The notes under the pieces were generated by a model. It was not told the origin of the DNA, searched no databases, and worked only from the letters and a program-made list of their open reading frames with translations. From the NCBI RefSeq assembly GCF_009914755.1, contig NC_060934.1: a DNA stretch of 64,000 nt; one strand, written 5' to 3'. Shown here piece by piece: positions 42,201 through 56,126 of this stretch. The DNA is from the human T2T-CHM13v2.0 reference genome, Homo sapiens. Both the position numbers and the translations under genes were made by a program. The stretch's first letter is position 1, and each line of letters begins with the position of its first letter.

Positions 42201-43137
42201 ATACTATTACCTGAAGGGTTTTTTTTTTAAAACTAAAAAAAACAAGAGAAAGTTTATAAGGAAGCACAATAATGTATGCTATCTAATGAATATATTGATA
42301 GCAATATTTATATTAAATTGCTATTTTAAGCCTAAATCCTATAAGTTCTATTTTGTGCATTCAGCTTCAAAATGATTCTACTGGTAATAAAAATGGCATA
42401 CTAAGCAATGAAAATAAGAGATAACTTGAGTACAGCAATAAAACTCAAAGGAAATGTAATCAGTGATATAGAATTATGTAATTTTGTATACTCAATATTT
42501 TCTAAGCTACTTTTCAGAAGAAAAAGAATAGTTTTAACCAATCAGTGAGAAAGGTAACTGATTAAGCTTATTCAAAATAAATATCTGTCTTCCTCAAGGC
42601 AGGCTGTGTCAAAAGCATATTGAGGCATAGATCTTCCAACAAATTATAAATTAAATGTCCATTACTCACACATGCAAAAATTGAAGTTGAGAAAATTACA
42701 TAATTGAAGTCAATAAAACAAACTCTGGTATTATATAAATACACTGTAATCCACAGAAGATATATTCATGTTTAAAATGGTTAGCTTCAAATTTTTGAGA
42801 AAAAAATACTTCAAGGTCTTTCTGGTAACATCAGTTGGTAAGTTAGAATAAAACCTTAATAAAACCAGTAAAAAGACTTTGTAATTTGCATTGCTCATCT
42901 CATTCTTTAAAAGAATTTATTGATAGATTTTCTCATTATACCTACATGTTCAGTATAAAATATGAAAAATATCCAAAACGTTTTTAAGTCAGGTGCTTTT
43001 AAAATATGTGGCTTCCCCTTGAAAAGTATATATCTACTCAAAATATATAAAGTATATTAAAATTTGTTCATCTTAAAACAAAATTGCAATTTTATGAGAC
43101 AATATTAACTTTTGAGGACGTCAAATGTAGAAATTGA

Positions 43138-43612
<475 letters not shown>

Positions 43613-44670
43613 AGAATTCTTACTTCTTATCTGCCTCTTAATCTTGTTAGGTCAAAATCTCTCAGCATTTTTAGAAAATGCCTTTTTTATTATATTTTCA
43701 GCAGATCATGAGTCTAATATACCAGCGTTACCCTTTTCTATGCTTTCCTTCCTTGAGAACGCTTTCAGGAGAGAAATCAGTTATAGTTTTCTGTCTCTTC
43801 CAAATAGTTAAAAACATAAGAGATCATAGATGTAGTAAATCAGTTTAGAATCCCAATGCCTTGATTGGGATGCTTAATTTTACTATAATAGCCTAATCTG
43901 AAATGTTATCTGAAAGGCTTATTTCTTCACATTCTTTTCTACACCACAAAAATTGTTCATAACAAGAACAATCTTGGGGGAAAAATAAGATGAGATGTTT
44001 TAGACAGCTTAATGGGGCTGCCACTGTCTTGGATAACCACTGTTTAGAGCTGTCTTGGATTAGCTGAAGGCTAGTGTTGACTGAACATATTGAACACCAT
44101 CTTAAGTTGTACTTTAAGTCAGGATAGACAGTCCTTACAAGAAATGAAAGCTGCTCCTTTGACCATTATAGGTGTTCTGTGGCTAGAGATGAAGTGCCAC
44201 ACTAACAGAACAAAGCTTGCAATTTGTGGAATTGAATTCCAAGGTGAAAAAGAAGGTTAACAATTTGTGTAAAATCCTCTCTCAAGAACAGAAATTCCAA
44301 AAGTATTGATTACAATATTCACAATGGCATTTCACACTGTGGCTGGTGCTTTTAAATAGGAGTCAGAGAAAATATCATGTTGCTTAATATTTAGGCAACT
44401 AATTACAAAATTCTCGATTACCAAGTCTCACTGAAGTGTTCCCTTACGAAAACGTGAACTTTATTAGGTATCAACTCATTGACATGGTCCATTTGAAGAA
44501 GCAATTTATTAGTCTAATGGTTAACACCTGTTAGATGAAGCTCAAAAATGAAAAAGATTTTAATGAAAAGCAAATGCAGTAAATGCTAGCTTTTAACTGG
44601 TTTCATAAAAGATTGAATATATATTCAATATTCTGTATATATATATATACTGTATAAATATACAAAATAT

Positions 44671-44676
<6 letters not shown>

Positions 44677-44722
<46 letters not shown>
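44677..44722. repeat. (TG)23 microsatellite preceded by a TA-rich run
   Basis: Direct read. Confidence 0.98.
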
Positions 44723-44725
<3 letters not shown>

Positions 44726-45054
44726 TACACAAACTCTCCTTTTCCCTGGACAATTTAAGTACATTTTCCCTGTAAGCTAAAAGCCATAAGTATCCCTACA
44801 GATATTTTTTGCAAGTGAAATTGCTTTTCATTTGGCAAAAACTAAACCTGTGATTCATAGCAGCTTAGAGCACTCAAGGCCAAAGAGTACATCTTGCTTG
44901 CTTTGACTGACATTTTTGCAGGCTAAATCAGACCTGCATGATTCAGCTGTACTGAGATTCATAATGCTGTAAGCAGAGAAATTTGGGGGTGGTATAAAAG
45001 AGCATGGAGAGAAATTGTCTTGGAAATTGTGACTACTGACTGAGGCAAAAATCA

Positions 45055-45170
45055 ACCACAGCCAATAGGCGGTTTCAATTGATATTTGATTGGGGAGGCG
45101 TTTTCTTGCTACCCTCTTTATACAAAGAACATTAGAGAAATTTTAGTGAAGAAAACTACTACGGAAGCAG
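45055..45170. promoter_or_regulatory. Candidate NF-Y (paired CCAAT)/ETS element
   Basis: CAGCCAATAG (CCAAT 45062-45066), opposing TGATTGG (ATTGG 45089-45093) and CGGAAG 45162-45167, in non-repeat DNA. Confidence 0.3.
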
Positions 45171-45631
45171 AAAAAGAGGGACTTTACTATGAGAAATGAA
45201 ACTGCAATAGGGAGCAAGAGCAGGGAGAATGACTCTTTTTAACAGTTGTCACCTCAAATATTAAAGGGAAGTGCACATTGTATATAAAAGGAAAAGTGGC
45301 AAAAAATCCATTCCCAAAAAATTTCTCCTAAATGTCTACCATTAGCAATTCATTCCTTTCAGATTTCTTCATTGAGTTCATTCCTCAGTTGCCCTTAAAA
45401 TTCATATGCCCAGAGGAGTAAAAATCTTCCTACATGAAGTTATTTCCTATCTGGACTACAAAGGGAGCACAAGAAAATTGCTTTGGGAAGTTCAGGCCTC
45501 AGGAAAATACGGTGTTTAAAAAAGATTACTATATAGCTTATGCTAACCAACACCTCATTTTTGCTTAATATTTATTTTATTCTGTCTCACTAGTAATATA
45601 TAAGATATAGCCCAGTCATAATGGATCTTAT

Positions 45632-45791
45632 TCAGGTATGGCTACGTAATCTATGGTACAAAATGTAAGTATGAGCCACTTATTAAACAAATTATTAAGA
45701 ATTTCAGCAGAGCATTCAGCCAAGCTTAGAGCCCTTCTAAGACTGGGGACCCCTGCACCTGCACAGATCACATGCTCATGAAATCAGCCCT
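45632..45791 (-). mobile_element. MER45A (hAT-Tip100)
   Basis: CAGGTATGGCTACGTAAT..AATTATTAAGAATTTCAGCAGAGCATT..GCACAGATCACATGCTCATGAAATCAGCCCT. Confidence 0.75.
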
Positions 45792-46270
45792 CATTTTATT
45801 TGATGGTAGTGAACTGTGTGAATTCCAAACTTAGTTAATGAAAGTGTTTCATTACAGATTACCTAAATATTTTGGCTTGTAAATGCTCAACACAAATATT
45901 AATACCAAAAATTCAAACCCAAATTCTTTTTGGGTTAATTGGAGGCTTTGCAAATCACTAAATTTAACTATTTGTTCCTATCTCCCTCCCTTTTTGTGTG
46001 ATCTTCTATGGGAAAGTATAGGATTTATGAGGTTACACATTATCATTTCAGATTTGGACCTCTCCCTTAAACCTGAGGTTCAAGAGCCTAATCTTCACTT
46101 TCTATTCCTAACTTATGAATCATCTAGCTGAAAATAGCCAAAGACTGCTCTCTAATAGCCACCCCAAACCAGCACTCATCCTAGAATAACCAATAATTTC
46201 CCCAGCCCCAGGTGTGGAGTTAGGATGAGTGTGGATAATACCTGGTTGTGCCAAACACTAAAAGTAGATT

Positions 46271-46540
46271 CACTTTGGGAGGCCGAGGCGGGCAGATCAC
46301 CTGAGGTCAGGAGTTTGAGACCAGCCTGGCCAATGTGGCGAAACCCCGTCTCTACTAAAAGTACAAAAATTAGCCAGGCATGATGGCAGGCACCTGTAAT
46401 CCCAGCTACTCAAGAGGCTGAGGCAGAAGAAGCTTAACCCAGGCCACGGAAGTTGCGGTGAGCCGAGATCACACCACTGCACTCCAGCCTGGGCGACAAG
46501 AGCAAGACTCCATCTCAAAAAAAAAAAAAAAAAAAAAAAA
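46271..46540 (+). mobile_element. AluSx, 5'-truncated by about 35 nt
   Basis: Begins CACTTTGGGAGGCCGAGGCGGGCAGATCACCTGAGG. Flanks AAA(G/T)TAGATT. Confidence 0.92.
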
Positions 46541-47760
46541 TTAGATTAGTGAAAGCTAGGGGTGGCTTTGGGCAAGGTGCTCTGAGGGCCCAGATAATAG
46601 GGAAATTAAGCCTATAAGAGTCTTGATCACCTAAGCTATAAAAAACACTTCTGGGTAGAAGAAGTTTTTACATTCCAATTCAAACTTGAGTATGCTGCTG
46701 TTTAAGCCAATATTTATTTCCTCTTAGCATATGTTTCAACTTTAGTACCGTCCAACAATAAGATACGTATTCTCTATTAAAATCTCCCTCTTCATCTTTT
46801 GTTGACACAGCACTATAATTAGTATCACATAATTCCTACCACTGACAGAATGCCCCAGAATATTTTGTCTTATTTTTTTTTCAAGATTAGCTAGCACTTA
46901 TAACACTTCTTGCTAACGTTTCACTCAGTTATAGTTGGAGTTAGTGAAGTCATGGTTTGTTTTTTTTTTTATGTAAAGCTGTCTTTTCTTCTTCTCACCC
47001 CCATCCCACAGGCATCAAAGGAAGTTAAATAAAAGAATGACTATTGTGACGTTGACTAATAGTCATAAGACATTAGCTAAGAAATGAATACCATTGAGGT
47101 TTTGAATGATCAGCTGTTAATTTTTAAGATTATACTTTAGAAAATAATAAATCCTGCTTTTGATGAGATGTCCATTAAAAAACTTATTTTAAAAGTAATA
47201 TATTTTGAGTAACTACATTCTGTCCAATGCAACTCTAACTGCATACTTCTGAAATGTTTACCCCCGAATGATCCCTTCTAAAACATATAGCTTTAGCTTG
47301 TCAGTTTACTGGCATTGAATTTCAATACTTAAGTTAAAATATATTGAATCAGCTTTGCAATACTTGGCTGGATCTTTTAGAATAGTATTATTCTTTCATC
47401 TTACTTATAGAAAACACCTAAGTAAAATAGTATTCATTTTTAAACTTCAATTTATTGTATACAGAGCTTTCTTTCTTAATAGATTGACTTCAAGAAACAT
47501 TTTTTCTTCAATCAGAAAATATTGACTTATTCTTCTGAATTGAATCTGTATAAGATTTAAACCTTCCAGTTATTACCCAATATAACAAAATTAACATGAA
47601 ACCAAAGCTCTCGAGCAAAAGTTATAATATTTGAACTTAAAAAGACAAATATCCTATATGGACTTCAAAATATATAATAAATCTTAAGGAGTCAGTGCAA
47701 TAATTTTTTTAAAGCACAATTTTATTTAAGGTACAATAAGGGTTTAAGAAGGAGAAAATG

Positions 47761-48115
<355 letters not shown>

Positions 48116-48492
48116 TTATACAAGAGGTAACACTGTTATAGGCTGTCTGCTTTCTTGATGACATAGCCAATTAGTTTGTAATCTAGGCAGTTATCAAGGT
48201 TAATCACAAATGGAAGACAATACATATTTAAAATAAATGAGATAGTTCAGGAATAAGTGGTATATTATCTAGCGAGTAAATTCAGTACCAAAATCAGTCT
48301 CTAGGATCTTACTCCAAAGTAGACCTTGGCCTCCAATTATATAAAGCGTATGTTAATCTGGACATGGAGTATCTGTAGCTAAATAGTATATGCCACTACC
48401 AAGTACCATTTGGCCTCCCTAGAAGAATGTGACCTGATGAAGAATAAAGAATATTTCATAATAATGTACAGTTGCTAGATAATCTTACCTCT

Positions 48493-48870
48493 TTTGGTAG
48501 ATTAAAGATGGCTTCAAATTCTTTGACACTTCTTCTGTTAAGAGGTGGGGTCTAGGTCTCTTCCTCTTGAATCTGGGTGGGATCTGACTGTCTGACTAAC
48601 AGAATGTGGTGGCAGTGAAGTTTGTCAGTTTTGGGGTCCAGGCTTGAAGACAATGGCAGATTCCCCTCCTGTCTCTCGTAATATTCATTCTTGAAACGAA
48701 GCTAGAGGCTCGTACATCTTAATGTTTGAAGAGACCTGTGTGCAAAGGAACCAGTGTCCCTGCTGACAGCCCTTGATGAGCTGACAGCTGACAGCCAGCA
48801 CCACCTTTCTTGGCCTATGAATATGTTATCTTGGCAAAGATCTTGAGAGATGAGCCACATCTCCAAGCCC
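48493..48870 (+). mobile_element. MLT1F/G/H-type LTR, 3'-incomplete
   Basis: TGGTAGATTAAAGATGGCTTCAAATTCTTTGACACT..GAGGTGGGGTCT..CTTGAATCTGGG..CAGCTGACAGCCAGCA. Confidence 0.75.
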
Positions 48871-48959
48871 TACCCAAATTAGATTCAGTTGTATTGGGAA
48901 TTCTGGGATTGGTTACTGCCATTTGCAGCAGGGTTAGCATCTTAAGAGTGCAGGAGAAG

Positions 48960-49040
48960 GGCCAGGCGCGGCGGCTCACACCTGTAATCCCAGCACTTTG
49001 GGAGGCTGAGGCAGGCAGATCACTTGAGGCCAGGAGTTCT
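48960..49040 (+). mobile_element. Alu 5' fragment (first ~80 bp only, no tail)
   Basis: GGCCAGGCGCGGCGGCTCACACCTGTAATCCC..GATCACTTGAGGCCAGGAGTTC, then an abrupt end. Confidence 0.88.
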
Positions 49041-49059
49041 TCTCAGTACAGATAAGCAT

Positions 49060-49315
49060 AAACATTAATTGTAATACATACTGAAGGTTTTAAGGATGAA
49101 ATGTACTGATGTCTCTAACTTTGAAATGTCTCAAAAGAAAAGGTGGATTAATAAAGGAACAAACTGATAGATCTGTGATGAGGTTGTGATAAAGCAAATG
49201 TAGCAAAATATTAAGAATTGTAGAATTGAGGTGATAGGCATATGGTGGTTAATATACAATTTTACTTTTTTGCATGCTTGAACATTTCTTTTATGAAATG
49301 TTGGGAAAAACAAAG
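49060..49315 (+). mobile_element. L1ME/MC 3' end
   Basis: TACTGATGTCTCTAACTTTGAAATG..GATAAAGCAAATGTAGCAAAAT..TGCTTGAACATTTC. Confidence 0.7.
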
Positions 49316-50239
49316 ATGTGAGGTGTTTGACACCTAGTAAACATTCAAAAAGTACAAGGATTTTAAAATTGTTACTAGTTTTATATTTACTAGTAACTGA
49401 ATAAAATAAAGTATTTATATAGCTTCATTTCCTTGAAAAATTCTTCTAAAATATTAATTTCAGTATAACTTGATATACTAAAATATCAAGTTATTGATAT
49501 TTTACCAATTTTGACTTTGTTATATCAAGAAATGTAAAGTCTTGCTAAGCAAATAGTATATTTCCTGTAATAGATCTTGAAATTCAGTAATAATCCTGTA
49601 GCACTAAGAAAAATTAATTGACCCAAATTCCATGGTATTTGATGTATTTTAAGATAAGTTTTACTAAATTTAAATTTAACTCTAGTTTAACACAAGAAAG
49701 AAGAAATCCAGCATACAATTCTAACTGAATATACTGTTTTCAAATAAACAGTTCATTTAACAAAAACTGGCCCTGTGCTAGATGCTGTGGGACAGAAAAT
49801 TGAGCTGCTTAACACAAGGCCCTCACCCACAAAAGGCTTTCAGTGTGGTTAGGAAGAAATATGCAACCCTTGGGGAAAAAAGGAACAATGCGTGAGTTAA
49901 AAATATAAAACATGTAACAAAGAAGTAAATGATTAAGAATCAAGTGAATAATATAGATAATATGAGCTGAGAGTTCAGAAGATGAAAAAAATCATTATAG
50001 CCTTGAAGTGAAAATTTTGGGAGTTTCACTGCCTATTTAAGCCCTTTGGAACATGAAAGAAACTTATTGCGAACTTGTGGTTTTGGTAGAAGACAAAACA
50101 CAATTGAATAAAGAGTAATGTTCAGGGGCCGGACTTTCTTTGAGAATTATGGAGAGGAGGGAAGAATAAAAACAGAACTTTTAGCCGCAATCAGCTAGAA
50201 ATTGTAGCTGAATATTACAACCTCTCTTCCTTTCAAGAG

Positions 50240-51500
50240 ATGCTTATTTATTGTCTGGTTCATATAAAGCATTAGGATAGGTGCTGAGGGTTACTATGAA
50301 TGAAATTTGGCCCTAACTTCAAGAGGTTTAAGAGTAACAATAACAAGAGCTATCTACTAGATGACAAGAGTATGCCAGGCTAGTCGAAGCTTATGGCCTA
50401 TTAGAAGAGGTAAGGAAAAAAAACTGTAATATAGAAAGTATAAAATGTCAAATGCCATTTAAAAAGACCAGATAAAATGCTAAGTGAATTCAGTGAAGAG
50501 TTTTCTTATAGTTGTATAAAGGAGGATAAGTATTTATGCAGGAGGTAACACTGAGTTGGTCTTTAAAGAGCAATAAGTAGATTGTGAACAGAGATATGGT
50601 GAAAGAGTAAAGAAAGGGATAAGAATGATCCAATGAACGAACTAAATCATATGCATGACATCGAATATGTGATTCTTTCCAGCTACAGTGCAGACTATGG
50701 AGAGAAGGATGATTGAAAGGGAAATTGGGCCAGACCGCCTAGGCCTTGAATACCATGCTGAGTGTCTTGGGCTTTATTCTGTTGGCAACAGGAAGACATT
50801 AAAGAATTATGACCTGAGGAATGAAAAGTTGAGAGCTTTTTGGTTTTTATTGTTTGGTGTTAGTCTGGTAGCTTGTGTAGGAGGAATTGGAGGAAGAAAA
50901 ATCTAGAGGCAAAATGACCACAAGGCAATGAGGACGTGAACCAAGGACACTGAAGGAGCTATTTCAGAGGATAAAGGGATATAACCTTGCAACCAATTCA
51001 GTATCAAGAGCAACAGGACAGCAGAGTATACCAAAGTGGGGTTCAGTAAGTTATTGACATTGTTTAGAATTGCCAATACATGATAATAATAAAAAGCCGA
51101 CTAGTTTTTAGTTATATTATTGTTCTTAAATTCCCTAGAAACAGTATTCCTTTTGCTGCCTGCACCCAGGGCAGATTGCTCCCAATGTCCCCCACCTGGT
51201 AGGCCATTGCATGGAAGCAGAAGCACTTAAAGAAGCTTCAGAAATTCAAGCTTAGCACCTGGGAGTTTGATGGTGCTTCTAATAGAAATGGAAATCAGGA
51301 AGATAAAAGCAGATTTGGGAATGAGTTCAGTTTTATACATGTTAAATGTGAGTTGTGGTTGGCTGGCCAATTGATAATGCCCAACATTCTCAATGTGATA
51401 GTGGATGTAACTCAGCTGAGAAGTTAGGACAGTGCTCTAGGTCAGCGAGTCATCTGTTAAGAGGTGGCAATTAAAGCTAGCGGAATGCCTCTAGGTCTGA
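50240..51500 (-). mobile_element. L2 fragments (with a short hAT-like relic at about 51010-51210)
   Basis: GGCCTTGAATACCATGCTGAG..TTGGGCTTTATTCTGTTGGCAAC; GAGTTCAGTTTTATACATGTTAAATGTGAG. Confidence 0.6.
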
Positions 51501-51981
51501 GGGAGTTAATATTTATAATTGAGCATCTACAATGTCACTCACATATCTGGTCTCTAAAGCTAGTGGATCTTAAGCCAAACAATACTCAATGTGCACAATC
51601 AAGGGCACCTACCAGAAATTTCCATCTTGAATTTCATTCCTTTTGGCTCCTGCCAAAAGTACAGCTGAGATAATTGGCACTTGAAAGCTAAATATTAGGA
51701 GGACTGTGCATATATCCTTTTTTATTTTTTCTAAATTCTATCACTACAACTTAATTATTTGTGCCTAAATAACTATAAATATCAGAAAATAGATTACACT
51801 GAATAGATTAGAACTTAGCTTTTACAGGAAATACTCTCAATGATTTAGAAGGTAATGTTCTGCCTTAGCCTTCCTCTAGGGTTGGTACAAAACATATAGA
51901 AAATGCCAATGTAGTCTATAAAACTAGTATGAAACATATTGTCTTATACACACATGATATGTCCTGGAAAAATGGTTCTTT

Positions 51982-53025
51982 GAGAGGGGCAAAGCAAGAT
52001 GGCCATTGATCATCCCTACTGCAGGAACACCAAATTTCACAACTTTCTACACACAAGAAAAGCACCTTCATAAGTACCAGAAATCAGGTGAGCAATCACA
52101 CTTTCTGGTTTTAACTTCATATTGCTGAAAGAGGCACTGAAGAGAGTAGGAAATACTGTCTTAAATTGCCACTGCCACTCCTCCTTCATCCCCCAGTAGC
52201 AGCCACATGCACGGAGAGAGAATCTGTTTGATGGGGAGAGGGAGAGCACAGTGATTGTGGGACATTGCATTGAACTCAGTGCTGCTCTGCCACAGGATAC
52301 AGCAAAACCAGGCTGAACTCAGCCAGCACGCACAGAGGGAGCATTTAGACCAGCCCTAGGCAGAGGGGAATCACCTGTTCCAGTGGTCAGAAATTGAGTA
52401 TTAGCAAGCCTCAACACCACAGGCTAAAGTGCTCTGGGGTTCTAAATAAACTTGAAACACAGTCTAGGCCGTGAGGACGGCAACTCCTAGGCAAGTCCTA
52501 GTGCTGTACTGGGCCAGTAGACCTTGGTAGGGGGCACAGGACCTAGTGAGACACTAGTCGGGGCTGCTAAGGAAGTGCTTGTGCCACCCCTCCCCAAACC
52601 CCAGGCTGAAGAGCTCATGGCAACAAAAGTGACTCCTTTCTGTTTGAGGAGAGGAGAGGGAAGAGTAAAGAGGATTTTGTCTTGCAACCTGGATACCAGC
52701 TCAGCAACAGTAGGATAGGGCACTGGTCAGAGTCATGAGGCCCCCTTTCCAGGCCCTAGCTCCTGGATGACATTTCTAGTTATATCCTGGGCCAGAAGGG
52801 AATCTGCTGGCCTTGAAAGGAAGGATCCAGGCCAGGCAAGATTCATCACCTGCTGACTAAAGCGTCTTTGGGCCCTTAAAAACCAGCAGTGATGCTGTGG
52901 GCTTTGGGTAGAATGCTATAGGCTTTGAGTGAGACTCAGATGTACTGGTTTCAGGTGAGACCCAGCACATTCCCAGCTGTGGCGGCTACAGTGAGAGACT
53001 TCTGCTTCAGCAAAGTGGAGGGAGA
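51982..53025 (+). mobile_element. L1 5' UTR only (L1M1/L1MA1-3-type)
   Basis: Starts GAGAGGGGCAAAGCAAGATGGCC (L1 5' terminus with YY1-like AAGATGGC). GC-richer UTR motifs (CCAGGCCCTAGCTCC..ACATTTCTAG..GGGCCAGAAGGGAA; GATTCATCACCTGCTGACTAAAG). Confidence 0.8.
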
Positions 53026-53034
53026 CCAGAAGAA

Positions 53035-53915
53035 GGAATATGTATGGAAGTTCTCATATACATCTATATATGTGAACTCCAAATCAATTTTTAAAAGGCA
53101 CAGTCAACTTGATAGAGAAATTAGCAAAATACTTGAGGAGACACTTCACAAGAGGATCTGCAAATGTCCAACAAGCATATATAAAGGTGCTCGACTTCAT
53201 TTAGTCATCAGAGAAAAACAAATTGAAACCACAATGCAATGCCATTACATATCCACAAGAAAGGCTAAAATTAAAGACAAGCATCACCAAATCCAAGCAA
53301 AGATGTGAAGCACCCATAAATCTCACACATTACTTTCGGGAATATCCATTGCTACAACCATTTGGAGAAACAATTTGGTCCTATATTCTAAAGCTAAACA
53401 TATACATACTGTATGACCAGCAATTCTCCTAGATATAAGCCTAACAGAAATGAGTACAAGTGCTTACCAAAAAAAACATGTACAAGATGATTTATGGCAG
53501 CGCTCTGTATACAGTCAAAAGTCAATCAAGATTAAGATAAATACATTTTAGTATAGTCACATAATGGAATACTGAAGTGAACAAATCACAACTACATGCA
53601 ACCATATGGGTGAATCCCACAAACATAATGTTGAACAAAAGAAGCCAGACACTAAAAGAGTATCCTACTTATATCAAGTTCAGTAACAGGAAAGACTCAT
53701 CTATGATAGTACAAGCCAGCATAGTTGTTACCCTTGGGAATGTGGAGGAAGTGCCTGGAAGAGGGAATAAGGCAAGTTTCTGAGATGATGAAAATCTTTT
53801 ATTTTTCTCCTTTAATATGGGTGATGGTTACATAGGCCTGTTCCCTTCATAAAAATTCACAAAGCTATATATTTAATATTTTTATAGTTTTCTGTATAAG
53901 CTATATTTCAATAAC
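53035..53915 (+). mobile_element. L1ME-type ORF2 end and 3' UTR
   Basis: TCATTTAGTCATCAGAGAAAAACAAATTGAAACCACAATG; TGGGTGAATCCCACAAACATAATGTTGAACAAAAGAAGCCAGACAC. Confidence 0.8.
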
Positions 53916-54221
53916 AACCCATCCATTTAAAGAAAAGTAATCTTTCTCCACGGGCTGAAATCGGCCAGATTGGGTAATTATGGTCAGCTGTTATATAGTA
54001 GCAACTCTTACCCACAATGTTTTTTATTCTGTTGCCTTTTTGCCCTGAATGATAATTCCTGTCGCTCCATGGATATATTTAGATAATTTAGGATATTTGT
54101 TCCAAATGATGATTCATGAACCCAAGAAAGGATTAAAGAAAGAGTTAATATCACTATGCTTTTGAAAATGGAAAGACTGCAAATGTCTCAGTTTAAGTGT
54201 CTTTACGCTATTCTAACTCAG

Positions 54222-54301
54222 ATAAAGTGGTATGTAAGGAGGCCATATGCCACAGAGCCCAGATGTTCTTGAACCAGTAAACATTCTTCAATCTGAATCA
54301 G
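54222..54301 (+). other. Candidate exon (80 nt) with strong donor
   Basis: CTTTACGCTATTCTAACTCAG acceptor, CAG|GTAAGA donor. Confidence 0.25.
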
Positions 54302-55311
54302 GTAAGATCTTTAGCTTTTCTTAACTGCTTCAAACCTTAACCACCTCAACTTTACAGTTTATTTAACCAAGCTCCTTAGAAACTAACAGCAGGCACAGCA
54401 AAATCTGTTTTTAAAGGAATAAACAGGGCAAAATGAAATTGAACCTTTACATTAAATTAACATTATTTTATCCCTAATGTTGATTGTTGTTTCTGTTAAA
54501 TAATTATGATGAAAAGAAAAAGTGTTGATGCAATCACAACTTGACATTTTGTTGTTAAGCCTCCTCATTTTGTTAAACCTCCTCACATCATCTAATTGAT
54601 TATTAGGTGGCTGATTTCATTCACCTGGCTATAGTAGGCCACCTGTAAAGCAACTGTGCCTATCCTACAGCATGACTCTTCAGTGCTCTGAAAAGAGAAA
54701 AGGGCTGAGAAGTTGAAACTGGGAGTCTGTCATGTTCTTGATTCTATTGGTCATTCTGTTGGATCTTTTAGAAAATCATTTTACCTCTCTGACCTTCAGA
54801 TTTTCAATCTGTAACTTAATAATAGCCCTTGGCAGTGAAATGTCTTGAATGGTGACTTTTAACATAGCAGCAGTCATAAAAATATAAGAGTATAACTATA
54901 TAAAAGGGTTTCTAGGAGCTTACTCTTGGGGCAAATTGTTTTGCCACATAATATTTTTTAAACGGACAGGACAGTTATGAAAGATTCTAGAGAGTGTTGT
55001 CATGTTAACTGATCAAATATATTTGTTAGGAGCATTTTTATTAATCAGTACACATGACTTAGCCTGTTTTAAACAATGTCTTCAAATCTTAAATATTTAA
55101 TTTAAGGATATTAAAAGTGCTTAGTGATCTGGTTGGTATTATTCAGCATGGATTAATTTTTTTCTAAAAGCAGACAATGTATATAATTTATTGTGGACAT
55201 CTAAAGTCTAATGGCACTGCAGAGGTGATGGTGAATTGTTAGCCCTTCTCAATAGTTTATGAACAGGATGAAAAACTAGAGGCTATGGATTCATATTTGT
55301 CTATATGATGC

Positions 55312-55335
55312 CACACACACACACACACACACACA
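55312..55335. repeat. (CA)12 microsatellite
   Basis: Direct read. Confidence 0.95.
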
Positions 55336-55449
55336 TTTAAGTGTGTATTAAGGGCAGGTAGTAAAGAGACCAAAAAATGCTTTTAATGTTCTAAATTAGA
55401 CTGATAAAAATCCGTAGACATATGGGCCTCTGTCATGATCAAATAAAAA

Positions 55450-55665
55450 GAGTTCAGATTTGGAGATGGAAGTAGAGGTTCAAGTCCCTTAGACTTACTA
55501 GCTAAATAACTGTGAACATATCATTTAACCTCCATTCACCTCAGCAGGTTCATTTTGAAAAATAGAACAATAATGCTTAAGAGCTTACTGTGACTATTAA
55601 GTATGATAATAAATGTTAAAATACGTATAAATTGCAAAGTACCTACACATTTAAGATATTATTGA
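55450..55665 (+). mobile_element. MIR
   Basis: GGTTCAAGTCCC..ACTTACTAGCT..CATTTAACCTC..CCTCAG. Confidence 0.65.
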
Positions 55666-55811
55666 GATAACCTTTGAGTTTTCACATTCAAATATAATGT
55701 CATTTAAGCTCATAGAATAGTTACTCTTTGATTCTTGTAAGTGAATTACAGGAGATCAGCAGGAATTATTTAGCTCAGATAGTAATGAGAAAGAATTATA
55801 AAGTGATTCGG

Positions 55812-56126
<315 letters not shown>

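Noticed and set aside
41989-42375. 128-aa plus-strand ORF
   Set aside because: Overlaps a hAT transposon relic and low-complexity A/T runs, has K/F/L/N-biased composition and no recognisable domain.
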